From NCBI GenBank assembly GCA_964483035.1, contig CAYZZS010000001.1, forward strand, positions 6,979 through 70,978: a stretch of DNA of 64,000 nt. The letters are read 5' to 3'. Made by a program: the position numbers and the translations under genes. Origin of the DNA: an uncultured Candidatus Saccharibacteria bacterium. GTDB lineage: Bacteria > Patescibacteriota > Saccharimonadia > Saccharimonadales > CAYZZS01. Below are positions 52,849 to 61,744 of this stretch, piece after piece (positions within the stretch are counted from its first letter, which is position 1; each line of letters starts with the position of its first letter). The notes beneath the pieces are model-generated. The model was given only the letters and a program-made list of their open reading frames with translations, did not search any database and was not told the DNA's origin.

Positions 52849-55770
52849 CTATACTGACGCGGAGGAGCGTATAGCAACTCTTTGGGGGGCGCCACCGGCC
52901 GCTTCTGAAGCTTCACGAGGTAGCAGGCTTGCTCCTGTCAGATATCCGTATGGCTGGTAGATTGGGAGAGTTGAAACTCTGCCGCCGTCTGCGGGGGCGC
53001 GGAGGGTTATCGGTTCCTCTTCGTCCCCCTGAGTAAAATTTACGGTTTTGGCCTCACTGCGACTAGAATAGAGCACGCTGTCTATCACCTCGGCGACGAC
53101 TCTTCTTGAGTCACTGAATGTCGGATTGTATGTCACGCTGTACGAGCTACTTTCACTGATATCGAATGTTTGTACTGTCTCGTCTCCAATCATGATATTA
53201 ATCTTGCCTGCGCCTTTATCAGTGTTGCCGGCAAGCGCATGCGTGCCTTGATGGACAGCGACAGTGAAGGTACATGAGCTGTTGCAGTTATTCGGTGCAG
53301 ACAGTGTTATTGTCGGTGGACTGTCGTCACAGTTGTGAATATCGTCCTTTTCGTTCAGATTAGCCGCACCGCCACCATTGACGAAAGTATCGCCTGAGAA
53401 ATTACTAGCTTCAGCGTTGTTTGCTTCTCTCCTGGCCAGCTCTGGCGTACAGTCTGTCGCAAGCTTATTAGAAATGATATCGATCACCTGTCGATCGTTA
53501 GAGCTCCGGCCCGGCTTTTCGTACCATGAAGGATAAAGGTCTCTCTCGGGGCTTGGTTCAATAGTGCTGCCGCCGACATGATTGCGTATGACGTATGCCG
53601 GCAACTCCTGAACACCGGAAGGTCGCTGTCGCTCTTCAGGCTGCAGGTTGTCATGGGCGCGATCCATCCAGCCCTCCCAAATTGGACGAGTCATGGTTTC
53701 CATAAAGCCTGACATCTCAACCTGGCGGTTGTGATAACCAACCCACACGCCGGCTGCGTAATGGGTTGAGAAGCCCAGCATCAGACCGTCTTTGGAGTCG
53801 TTTGTCGTACCGGTCTTTACCGAATATTTATGGCCATTGTGATTATGAATCTTGGTTGCCATATAGCTTGCCCTTGGGTCAGACATCATGTCGGCGACAA
53901 TGTAAGCAGAATCTGGGCGCACAGCCTGCTCACCCTTACTTGGCTTCCATTCGTCAAGCACTTTGCCGGTAGCATCTTCAATTTTCAGGATATAGGTTCG
54001 CGGAATATTAAGCCCGTTTCTGGAAATCGTTGCGTAGGCATGGACGTGCTCATCAAGGCGAAGGTAGGCACCGTCACCGATTGCGGACGAGGCGTAGCAC
54101 TGCGCTTCAACAGTCAGCATCTCATCGTCGTAGCACTTATAGCCACTATCGAGACCTAGCTTTTCGGCTGTCTCGATTGTTTTATCAACACCGGTTAGCA
54201 GCATTGCTTTCACGGCCGGGACGTTTCGCGAAGCGCCAAGCGCGTACCGAAGCGTTACCGGGCCAGGATAGCGGAAGTCGTAGTTCTGCAGGCAGTTGCC
54301 CCCACTTTGCGGCCGGTTCTTGTTCGTGCATGGATAGCCGTCAAGCGGTCCCTGAGTGTCATACAGTACGGTGCCAGCACCAAAGTTGTTATTATGCTCA
54401 ATCAGAGAGAGGTAGTCGTATGGCTTAAAACTTGAGCCGGGTGGAATGCGGAGCCGTGCGTAATTGTTCTGTCCGTATTCTTCGTTCGTGAAGTCAGCTC
54501 CGCCCACCAGGGCTACAACCTGTCCTGTCTTGACGTCTGATGCAACAAAAGCTGCGGTGTCACCGCCTTGGCGCCTGACCCTGTCCAGACCGCTTGTAAC
54601 CTCTTCTTCTGCGATAGTCTGCAGGCTCATATCGAGTGTTGTGGTGACTTTCCAGCCGCCTCTTTGCACTGTCTCAGCACCGAATTTCTGCTCAAGTTGC
54701 TCTTTAGCGGCCAGCACGAACCACGGGGCGCGAATGCCGGCAAATTTCTGTTTCGGCTGCTTGACCTTAGCCAAAGTGTCGACTTCTTTGGCGGCTTCGC
54801 TTTCTTCTTGCGAGACCATACCCTGCTGGGCCATGAGCGTAAGGATATAGTGCTGCCGCCCGACCAGAGCTTCAGGGTTATAGCTGGGTCCGTACGGCGA
54901 ATAGTAGGAAGGGGACTGAGGGATGGCTGCCAAAAACGCAGCTTCGTCTAGTGTCAGCTCACCCGCGCTTTTCTCAAAATAATCCCTTGAGGCAGATTCG
55001 ACGCCATATTGGACGTTGCCGTATGGCGCAGTATTCAAGTAGCCGACCAAAATCTCTTCTTTCGTATAGGTGCGCTCCAGTTCTACCGAAAGAATCAGCT
55101 CTTTAACTTTGCGGGTGTACGTCTGTTCTTTTCCGACTTCAGCCTGAGTAAGCCGCACCAGCTGCTGAGTGATTGTTGATCCGCCTTGCATTGTACCGCC
55201 GGTGGCGTTACTCCAGGCGGCACGCATAATGCCGCGCACATCAAATCCACCGTGCTCAAAGAAGTCCTGGTCCTCAATGGCTATAGTGGCCTGCTTTACA
55301 TATTCGGATATATTTTCACCTTGGACCGGAATCCGTTTTACTGCATCGAAATCTTCCCAGAGCAGAGTTTCGCCTGTGCGGTCGTAGTACTGGATGCTGC
55401 CGCCAATATTGTTGCCCGAAATATCTTTGAGGTTAGGGAGGTCTTTACGGAAGTAGGCGAACAGGCCAACTAACAGCAGGAAGCCGGCTACGACTCCGAT
55501 ACCGAATAGCTTGAGGGCCATAATGCCGCCTTCGCGGCTAAACCAGTACTGAGCCATCCGTTTCGGGTGCAGACGGTATAGGATGCGCTTGAAGCGATTC
55601 TTAGGTAGACTGCTTAAGTATGCAGCTTTGCGGCGTGCTTTAGCATCCCGCTTAGCCTTGATTCGATCCGACAGACTCTGGTTCACCTTGATGACGGTGC
55701 CGCTTTTGGTTGTGTGGTGGTTTTTGTTCGGGCGCCGTCGGCCTTTAGAACCTTTGTTACTAGGATTCAT
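52849..55770 (-). CDS. PBP1A-family bifunctional peptidoglycan glycosyltransferase/transpeptidase with a long C-terminal extension
   Basis: GT51 motifs (EDQDFFEHGGFD, GGSTITQQLV), transpeptidase SSFKP and KTGTT. Basic cytoplasmic N-tail and ~270 extra C-terminal residues. Confidence 0.9.
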   Translation of the reverse strand: MNPSNKGSKGRRRPNKNHHTTKSGTVIKVNQSLSDRIKAKRDAKARRKAAYLSSLPKNRFKRILYRLHPKRMAQYWFSREGGIMALKLFGIGVVAGFLLLVGLFAYFRKDLPNLKDISGNNIGGSIQYYDRTGETLLWEDFDAVKRIPVQGENISEYVKQATIAIEDQDFFEHGGFDVRGIMRAAWSNATGGTMQGGSTITQQLVRLTQAEVGKEQTYTRKVKELILSVELERTYTKEEILVGYLNTAPYGNVQYGVESASRDYFEKSAGELTLDEAAFLAAIPQSPSYYSPYGPSYNPEALVGRQHYILTLMAQQGMVSQEESEAAKEVDTLAKVKQPKQKFAGIRAPWFVLAAKEQLEQKFGAETVQRGGWKVTTTLDMSLQTIAEEEVTSGLDRVRRQGGDTAAFVASDVKTGQVVALVGGADFTNEEYGQNNYARLRIPPGSSFKPYDYLSLIEHNNNFGAGTVLYDTQGPLDGYPCTNKNRPQSGGNCLQNYDFRYPGPVTLRYALGASRNVPAVKAMLLTGVDKTIETAEKLGLDSGYKCYDDEMLTVEAQCYASSAIGDGAYLRLDEHVHAYATISRNGLNIPRTYILKIEDATGKVLDEWKPSKGEQAVRPDSAYIVADMMSDPRASYMATKIHNHNGHKYSVKTGTTNDSKDGLMLGFSTHYAAGVWVGYHNRQVEMSGFMETMTRPIWEGWMDRAHDNLQPEERQRPSGVQELPAYVIRNHVGGSTIEPSPERDLYPSWYEKPGRSSNDRQVIDIISNKLATDCTPELARREANNAEASNFSGDTFVNGGGAANLNEKDDIHNCDDSPPTITLSAPNNCNSSCTFTVAVHQGTHALAGNTDKGAGKINIMIGDETVQTFDISESSSYSVTYNPTFSDSRRVVAEVIDSVLYSSRSEAKTVNFTQGDEEEPITLRAPADGGRVSTLPIYQPYGYLTGASLLPREASEAAGGAPQRVAIRSSASV

Positions 55771-55914
55771 GAACTCTCTATAACTCCATAATACGTATGC
55801 GACTATTATAGCAAACCCGGGTGCATTGCAAACGGTAATCGTGAGCGTTATGACTGATGAAAAACAAGGGGTATACTAATTGGCATAGACTATGTTTCTA
55901 AGGAGAGAACAAAC

Positions 55915-57162
55915 ATGACATTATCTGAAGAATTGCAGTGGCGTGGTCAGGTTAAGGACAGGACGTTTGATGATTTGAAGTGGCTGGATGAGCCAAAGAC
56001 CTTCTACCTTGGGGCTGACGCGCAATCAGCAGACAGCCTTACGATCGGTAATCTAGCGGTATTTATGCTGGCGCGCCGGCTGAGAAAGCATGGCTGGAAG
56101 GCGGTATTACTGGTGGGCGGAGCGACGAGCCTTATTGGTGATCCCGGCGGCAAAGAGGAAGAGCGACAGCTCAAATCTAGGGAGGAGATCGAAAAAAACG
56201 TCGCCGGTATTGCTGCTCAGGTGGACCGGCTATTTTCTGGTATGGATTACATTAAGGTCGATAACTACGACTGGTTCAAAGATATAGGCTACCTTGATTT
56301 CCTAAGAGAGGTCGGCAAGCACTTCAGCATGACGGAGTTATTGCAGCGTGACTTTATTCAGGCACGTATTGGTGAGGGCGGTAGCGGAATTAGCTACGCG
56401 GAATTCAGCTACAGCCTTATCCAGGGGTACGACTATTGGCATCTCTATAAAACGCATGCCGTTACTCTGCAGATAGGCGGCTCGGATCAATGGGGCAATA
56501 TGCTGTCCGGTGTTCCACTGGTGCGCAAGAAGGAGAATGCGGAGGTCCATGCCATGAGCATGCCGCTGGTAGTCAACAAGGCAACTGGTAGGAAATTCGG
56601 CAAGAGCGAAGACGGTGCTGTTTGGCTAGATGAGACCAAGACAAACATATTTAAGTTCTATCAGTTCTGGCTTAACGTTGACGACGAAGGCGTAGAGGGC
56701 TATCTGAAAGTATTCACCGAACTGGATAAGCCGGAAGTCGAAGCGGTTATGCAGGAGTTTGAGGCCGATAGGGCAGTCCGTAAAGCACAGAAGACCTTAG
56801 CCTATGAAGTCACGAAGCTGGTGCACGGCGAAGAGCGGGCCAGGTCAGCACAGAAAATTAGCGAAACGCTGTTTGGCGGCGCGGATTACAGTACATTATC
56901 CGCGGCGGATTTTGAGCTGCTAGCAACTGAGCTGCCTACTATTCAAGCAAATTTAGGCGCCCCGCTTATTGATCTGCTAGTTGAGGCTAATTTGGCTGGC
57001 TCAAAGTCTGAGGCTCGACGATTCTTGTCAGAGAATGCAGTGTACATAAACGGTCAACAATTTCCTTTAAGCAAAACTACCATTGATAAACATGATGTCA
57101 TAAGCGGTCATATTGTGTTGCGGCGAGGAAAGAACACGATGGCGCTCGTCAAAATCGTATGA
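55915..57162 (+). CDS. tyrS: Tyrosine--tRNA ligase
   Basis: Class I aaRS with a KFGKS (KMSKS-type) loop, GGSDQWGN, and a C-terminal S4-like domain. SD AAGGAGAG. Confidence 0.92.
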   Translation: MTLSEELQWRGQVKDRTFDDLKWLDEPKTFYLGADAQSADSLTIGNLAVFMLARRLRKHGWKAVLLVGGATSLIGDPGGKEEERQLKSREEIEKNVAGIAAQVDRLFSGMDYIKVDNYDWFKDIGYLDFLREVGKHFSMTELLQRDFIQARIGEGGSGISYAEFSYSLIQGYDYWHLYKTHAVTLQIGGSDQWGNMLSGVPLVRKKENAEVHAMSMPLVVNKATGRKFGKSEDGAVWLDETKTNIFKFYQFWLNVDDEGVEGYLKVFTELDKPEVEAVMQEFEADRAVRKAQKTLAYEVTKLVHGEERARSAQKISETLFGGADYSTLSAADFELLATELPTIQANLGAPLIDLLVEANLAGSKSEARRFLSENAVYINGQQFPLSKTTIDKHDVISGHIVLRRGKNTMALVKIV

Positions 57163-57188
57163 TTTAGACATGCTATACTGTCCGGGAT

Positions 57189-58028
57189 ATGAATAAGACT
57201 GCGAAGAAAACCAACCGTTCGAAATCTAATACATCAGAGCAAGATCGTGACGCCAGGGCCGAAAAGCGAAAGGCTCAAAAGCGCGCCGATCACTACAATG
57301 ATCCGACACATAACTACCTGCATTACTGGGATGGCCGAGATTATGAACATGCTTCAGAAGAAGTGGCAATTAAGCGCCTGCTGAGCGGTAAGCGCTTTAG
57401 GCATGCTGTTGATATTGGTGGAGGTTATGGCCGTCTCTGTGTCCTGTTGAAGAATTACGCGGATAAGGTCACATTGGCCGAACCGTCTCAGCAGCAGCTG
57501 GATATTGCCAAGGAGTTCTTGAGCGACCATCCGGAAGTCGAACGCAAGCTGATGCAGGCTGATAATCTTGAGTTTGCCGATGGTTCGGTCGATCTCTTTA
57601 CGATGATTCGGGTCATGCACCACTTGCCCGATCCGTCCGCTGAGTTTGCCGAAGTTGCCCGCGCATTAAGCGACGATGGAACGCTTATCCTGGAGGTGGC
57701 AAACTATGCTCATGCCAAAAACCGATTGAGGCACTTGCTAAGGGGCAAGAAGCTACCGCAGGAGCCAGTTGATATACGCTCTGAAGAGAATCGCCGTGAG
57801 GATGAGATCGCCTTCGTGAACCATAATCCGAAAACCGTCATCAAGCAGCTGGCACACGCTGGCCTTAAGGTGGAGCGAGTGCTTTCGGTATCCAATTTGC
57901 GCTCTCCTGGACTGAAGAAACTTGTGCCCAAAAGTGTCATGGTTAGCGTTGAGAAGATTCTGCAGACACCCATGTCTAAGGTGTACTTTGGTCCGAGCAT
58001 CTTCTTCCTGGTCCGTAAAGCCTCGTAG
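57189..58028 (+). CDS. Class I SAM-dependent methyltransferase
   Basis: Motif I VDIGGGYGRL and a basic low-complexity N-terminus. Substrate unknown. Confidence 0.7.
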   Translation: MNKTAKKTNRSKSNTSEQDRDARAEKRKAQKRADHYNDPTHNYLHYWDGRDYEHASEEVAIKRLLSGKRFRHAVDIGGGYGRLCVLLKNYADKVTLAEPSQQQLDIAKEFLSDHPEVERKLMQADNLEFADGSVDLFTMIRVMHHLPDPSAEFAEVARALSDDGTLILEVANYAHAKNRLRHLLRGKKLPQEPVDIRSEENRREDEIAFVNHNPKTVIKQLAHAGLKVERVLSVSNLRSPGLKKLVPKSVMVSVEKILQTPMSKVYFGPSIFFLVRKAS

Positions 58029-58033
58029 CGTTC

Positions 58034-58039
58034 TATAAT
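58034..58039 (+). promoter_or_regulatory. -10 hexamer TATAAT 7 nt upstream of the recG ATG (leaderless type)
   Basis: TATAAT-tagtcgt-ATG, no SD. Confidence 0.4.
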
Positions 58040-58046
58040 TAGTCGT

Positions 58047-60083
58047 ATGGCGCTTAATCAGCCGGTGACGGCTATTAAAGGAATTGGCGAGGAGCTGGCG
58101 AAGAAGTACCGCATCCTGGGTATTGAGACGGTTGGACAGTTGCTTGAGTATTACCCACGGCGGTATGATGACTTTTCAAATGTGGAAACGATCGCCAATA
58201 TCAAACCGGGTTCGGTTACTATCAAGGCCGAGATTAAACAGGTGAAGGGCAGGTATGTCCGCCGCGGTATGCATGTCACGGAGGCGGTCGCTAGTGATGA
58301 TACCGGAAGTGTTCGATTAGTCTGGTTCAATCAGCCGTATCGTGAAAACGGGCTCAAGCGCGGTGCGGAGTATTTCATCTCCGGACAGTTCGAATTAAGC
58401 CGGCAGCGTCTAGCGATCATCAGTCCTTCGGCCGAGTTAGTAAGTGATTTCCCGGTAAATACTGCCCGCATTGTCCCGGTATATCGAGAGACCAAAGGGC
58501 TCAAGTCGGCGCAGATACGTAAGGCTGTCAAGGCTGCGCTTGTCTATCTCGATGGCCTGGATGAGACTCTACCGGAGTGGATTCTTGACAAGAATTCGCT
58601 GATGCCGCGAATAGCGGCGGTTCAGACCATGCACTTTCCAAGTGACAGTAAGCAGTTGGCACTGGCACAAAGACGGCTTGGATTTGAAGAAGTGCTTGAG
58701 TTGAGTCTGGCAAGCCTGCTCAATAAATATGAGCTGCTAACTGAGAAGGCATTAAGCATCCCCTTTGATCAGCAGCTCGCAAAAAAGTTTGTCAGTCATT
58801 TGCCGTTTCAGCTGACTGATGCACAGCGCAAGGTGGTGTGGCAAATCTATCAGGATATGGGGCGAACCTCGCCCATGAACCGGCTAATTGAAGGTGATGT
58901 CGGCTCCGGTAAGACGGTAGTTGCAGCCATGGCGGCGGTTATGGCAATGAAGCAGGGTTTTCAGGTAGCATTGATGGCGCCTACGGAATTGCTGGCTCGG
59001 CAGCATGCGGAAACGATGGTGCGTTTGCTGAGCCCCTTGGGTTATGGGCATACGGTGGGCCTACTGGTGGGTGGGTTGAATCCCAGGCAAAAGGACGCAG
59101 TCCGAGAGCACATAAAGAACGGCGACGCTCAGCTAATTGTTGGGACCCATGCCATCATTCAGGAAAATATAGATATGCATAACCTCGGGCTGGTTATCGT
59201 AGATGAGCAGCATCGCTTTGGAGTTGAGCAGCGTAAGCGGCTACAGGCCAAGGCTGGCCACATGCCGCATGTTCTGCATCTGACGGCTACACCAATCCCG
59301 CGAAGTCTGGCGCTGACACTGTATGGTGAGCTGGATATTTCTATAATCGACACGAAGCCGCAGGGCAGAAAATCCATAATTACAAAAATTGTTTCACCGA
59401 ACTCCAGGCGGCAACTTTACGAGAAGATTGACCAGGAGCTGGAGGATGGCAGGCAGATGTTCGTGGTGTGTCCGTTGATCACAGAATCTTCTTCGATCAA
59501 TGTGCGATCGGCAGAAGTCGTGTATACAGAGCTGCAAAAGGGTCCGTTTAAACACCGGCGGGTAGGGCTGCTGCACGGTAAGATGAGCCCACAAGACAAG
59601 CATGAGGTGATGGGACGGTTTGTGCGACACGAGCTCGACATCTTGGTTTCAACAACGGTCATAGAAGTAGGGGTCGACGTACCAAACGCAACCGTAATGC
59701 TGATAGAGGGTGCAGACCGGTTCGGCCTGGCACAGATGCATCAGTTGCGAGGCAGGGTCGGCCGTAGCGAGCACCAGGGTTACTGCTATCTAATGATGAG
59801 CGATTCTTCAGCGCCAAGCAGGCGCTTGCGAGCGATAGAAAGTTCAACTAACGGATTTGAGTTGGCAGAGCTAGACCTTGAAATCAGAGGGCCGGGGGCG
59901 ATTTATGGCACTATGCAGCATGGCCAGCTGGACCTGCGCGTTGCTCGTTTATCGGACACGAAGCTGATTGCGGCAGCTCGTCAAGCAGCCCAGGAGTTCA
60001 TTGATAAGCAGGAGGATTTGCTACAATATACACATCTACATGATCGTGTTATTCGCCTGCGGGCAGTGACTAATTTGAACTAA
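58047..60083 (+). CDS. recG: ATP-dependent DNA helicase RecG
   Basis: Wedge/OB N-terminal domain, GDVGSGKT, DEQHRFG, TATPIPR, QLRGRVGR. Confidence 0.93.
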   Translation: MALNQPVTAIKGIGEELAKKYRILGIETVGQLLEYYPRRYDDFSNVETIANIKPGSVTIKAEIKQVKGRYVRRGMHVTEAVASDDTGSVRLVWFNQPYRENGLKRGAEYFISGQFELSRQRLAIISPSAELVSDFPVNTARIVPVYRETKGLKSAQIRKAVKAALVYLDGLDETLPEWILDKNSLMPRIAAVQTMHFPSDSKQLALAQRRLGFEEVLELSLASLLNKYELLTEKALSIPFDQQLAKKFVSHLPFQLTDAQRKVVWQIYQDMGRTSPMNRLIEGDVGSGKTVVAAMAAVMAMKQGFQVALMAPTELLARQHAETMVRLLSPLGYGHTVGLLVGGLNPRQKDAVREHIKNGDAQLIVGTHAIIQENIDMHNLGLVIVDEQHRFGVEQRKRLQAKAGHMPHVLHLTATPIPRSLALTLYGELDISIIDTKPQGRKSIITKIVSPNSRRQLYEKIDQELEDGRQMFVVCPLITESSSINVRSAEVVYTELQKGPFKHRRVGLLHGKMSPQDKHEVMGRFVRHELDILVSTTVIEVGVDVPNATVMLIEGADRFGLAQMHQLRGRVGRSEHQGYCYLMMSDSSAPSRRLRAIESSTNGFELAELDLEIRGPGAIYGTMQHGQLDLRVARLSDTKLIAAARQAAQEFIDKQEDLLQYTHLHDRVIRLRAVTNLN

Positions 60084-60121
60084 AGGAATGATGACGCGAA
60101 TGAATATGCCTAAAGATTCTG

Positions 60122-60997
60122 TTGTCATGGCATGTTCCGCGCCCACAGTTAGCCAATGATTGGAGTAGAGCAATGTACGCCGGCACTACGTTGACCAGAT
60201 TCTCGGGTCGACTGTTTGGGGCGCATCAGAAGATAGACCGTGTTGCCCGGCGTCACCTGAATAAGATAACTGTAAACGGTCGACAGTTTCCTGATATTCG
60301 GTCAATTCTGCAGTTTGAAGGAAAAAACGGACCAGACGGAATTAAGCGAAAAAGTCCAGCCCGTGATGAGCCATGGCACTTTTACCAGCCATTCGCGTCC
60401 GACAGCGAGGAATTTTTCCGTTATATCCAGGAGCATTACGACCAATTAGTTAAGGAGCTAGAGCGTGGCAATCATGAGCGGTCGGCTTTTGAGGCGGCTT
60501 GGCTGGCTCATGCCATCGTGGATGGCTTAACGCCCGCCCACCACTTTCCATTTGAAGAGCAGTTAACGGAGCTTAGAGGTGGCAAGGGTCTGGCCAGCAG
60601 ATCTTCATTGAAGGAAAAGTGGCTAATGCACGGGGCTACTAAGCGAGAAAAGCTGAAGAACAACTGGAAGATGTGGGGGCCGAAAGGGTTGATTACTTCG
60701 CATGGTTTTTTTGAGTTCGGGGTGGCCAGCATAATCAAACCGCTCCGTTTTGGTGAAGCACTGCCAAGTGCGCACGACATGAAGCAGATTCAGACAATCG
60801 GTGTGGTTGAGTGGTTCCGGAGGGCTGCACGGGAGATCGGGGTGCTGGATATGTTCGGCAGTTATCACGAGAAAGGCTGGACACCGAAGCTTGCTCTGCA
60901 GGTTCGCAGCAAACTAGGCCCGGTCATTGTGCAGACTGTCACGTTAGCCTGGTATTCAGCTATGGTTGACGCTGGGCTGTGTGAGGGAGTGGAATGA
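60122..60997 (+). CDS. Hypothetical protein with a zinc-dependent phospholipase C / S1-P1 nuclease-like His/Asp pattern
   Basis: AHAIVDGLTPAHH fits H-x3-D-x5-H, the spacing of the PLC zinc ligands. The likely start is the ATG at 60173, after GGAG. The stop overlaps the rsmD start (ATGA). Confidence 0.45.
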   Translation: MSWHVPRPQLANDWSRAMYAGTTLTRFSGRLFGAHQKIDRVARRHLNKITVNGRQFPDIRSILQFEGKNGPDGIKRKSPARDEPWHFYQPFASDSEEFFRYIQEHYDQLVKELERGNHERSAFEAAWLAHAIVDGLTPAHHFPFEEQLTELRGGKGLASRSSLKEKWLMHGATKREKLKNNWKMWGPKGLITSHGFFEFGVASIIKPLRFGEALPSAHDMKQIQTIGVVEWFRRAAREIGVLDMFGSYHEKGWTPKLALQVRSKLGPVIVQTVTLAWYSAMVDAGLCEGVE

Positions 60998-61527
60998 GGG
61001 TGATTGCCGGATATCTAGGCGGGAGGTCAATTGCTCCGCCAAAAGGTCATCGGACACATCCGATGGGTGATAAGATCCGCGGAGCATTATTCAATATGCT
61101 CGGTGATATTGAGGGGTTGACTGTACTTGATGCTTTCGCGGGCAGCGGAGCAGTGAGCGTAGAAGCGATTAGTCGCGGCGCTAAGCATGTGACTGCTGTT
61201 GATGTGAGCAAGCAGGCAGTGAGCGCGATAACGGACAATATCAAGACGCTTGAACTCGAGGATGCGATTAAGCCGATACGGGCTAATGCTTCCAGCTGGT
61301 CGGACAATAATCAGGATGCGCAGTTTGATATCGTCATTCTAGACCCCCCGTATAATGAGGTTAATCCGCGCTTGCTCCAGAAGCTTTCCAGTCATGTGCG
61401 GACAGGCGGAATCATTGTGCTTTCATTGCCGCCTACCGTCGATGTGAGTTTGCCGGAGCGGTTCGATCGGCTTTCTGATAAATCGTACGGTGATGCAACG
61501 CTGGTTTTTTACCGAAGAATATCGTAA
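60994..61527 (+). CDS. rsmD: 16S rRNA (guanine966-N2)-methyltransferase RsmD
   Basis: VLDAFAGSGAVSVEAISRGA and the DPPY motif. 177 aa. Confidence 0.85.
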   Translation: MRVIAGYLGGRSIAPPKGHRTHPMGDKIRGALFNMLGDIEGLTVLDAFAGSGAVSVEAISRGAKHVTAVDVSKQAVSAITDNIKTLELEDAIKPIRANASSWSDNNQDAQFDIVILDPPYNEVNPRLLQKLSSHVRTGGIIVLSLPPTVDVSLPERFDRLSDKSYGDATLVFYRRIS

Positions 61528-61608
61528 ACTAATACGGTAATCAGTCAAGTGAGTGCGCATATTTAGCATTCGGATATGGCTGCACATAGCGCAGCGTAAA
61601 TCAGGTAT

Positions 61609-61693
61609 GGGGATGTGGTGGAATTGGTAGACACGCATGCCTTAGGAGCATGTACCGCAAGGTGTGAAGGTTCAAGTCCTTTCATCCCCACCA
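61609..61693 (+). tRNA. tRNA-Leu (anticodon UAG), CCA encoded
   Basis: GGGGATG/CATCCCC acceptor stem, anticodon arm CATGC-CTTAGGA-GCATG, 13-nt variable arm, T-arm GAAGG-TTCAAGT-CCTTT, A73 and CCA. Confidence 0.92.
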
Positions 61694-61700
61694 GAGTTTG

Positions 61701-61729
61701 AACCGGTCAGAGTGGCCGGTTTTTGTTTT
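61701..61729 (+). terminator. Intrinsic terminator after tRNA-Leu
   Basis: AACCGG-tcagagtgg-CCGGTT followed by TTTGTTTT. Confidence 0.65.
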
Positions 61730-61744
61730 AGCTACTGAGGTAAC

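Noticed and set aside
55771-55914. T-box leaders upstream of the aminoacyl-tRNA synthetase genes (tyrS, and also pheS at 2372-2410 and hisS at 62957-63022).
   Set aside because: The upstream regions are only 39-144 nt, lack the T-box consensus and terminator/antiterminator pairs, and carry simple promoter plus SD arrangements.
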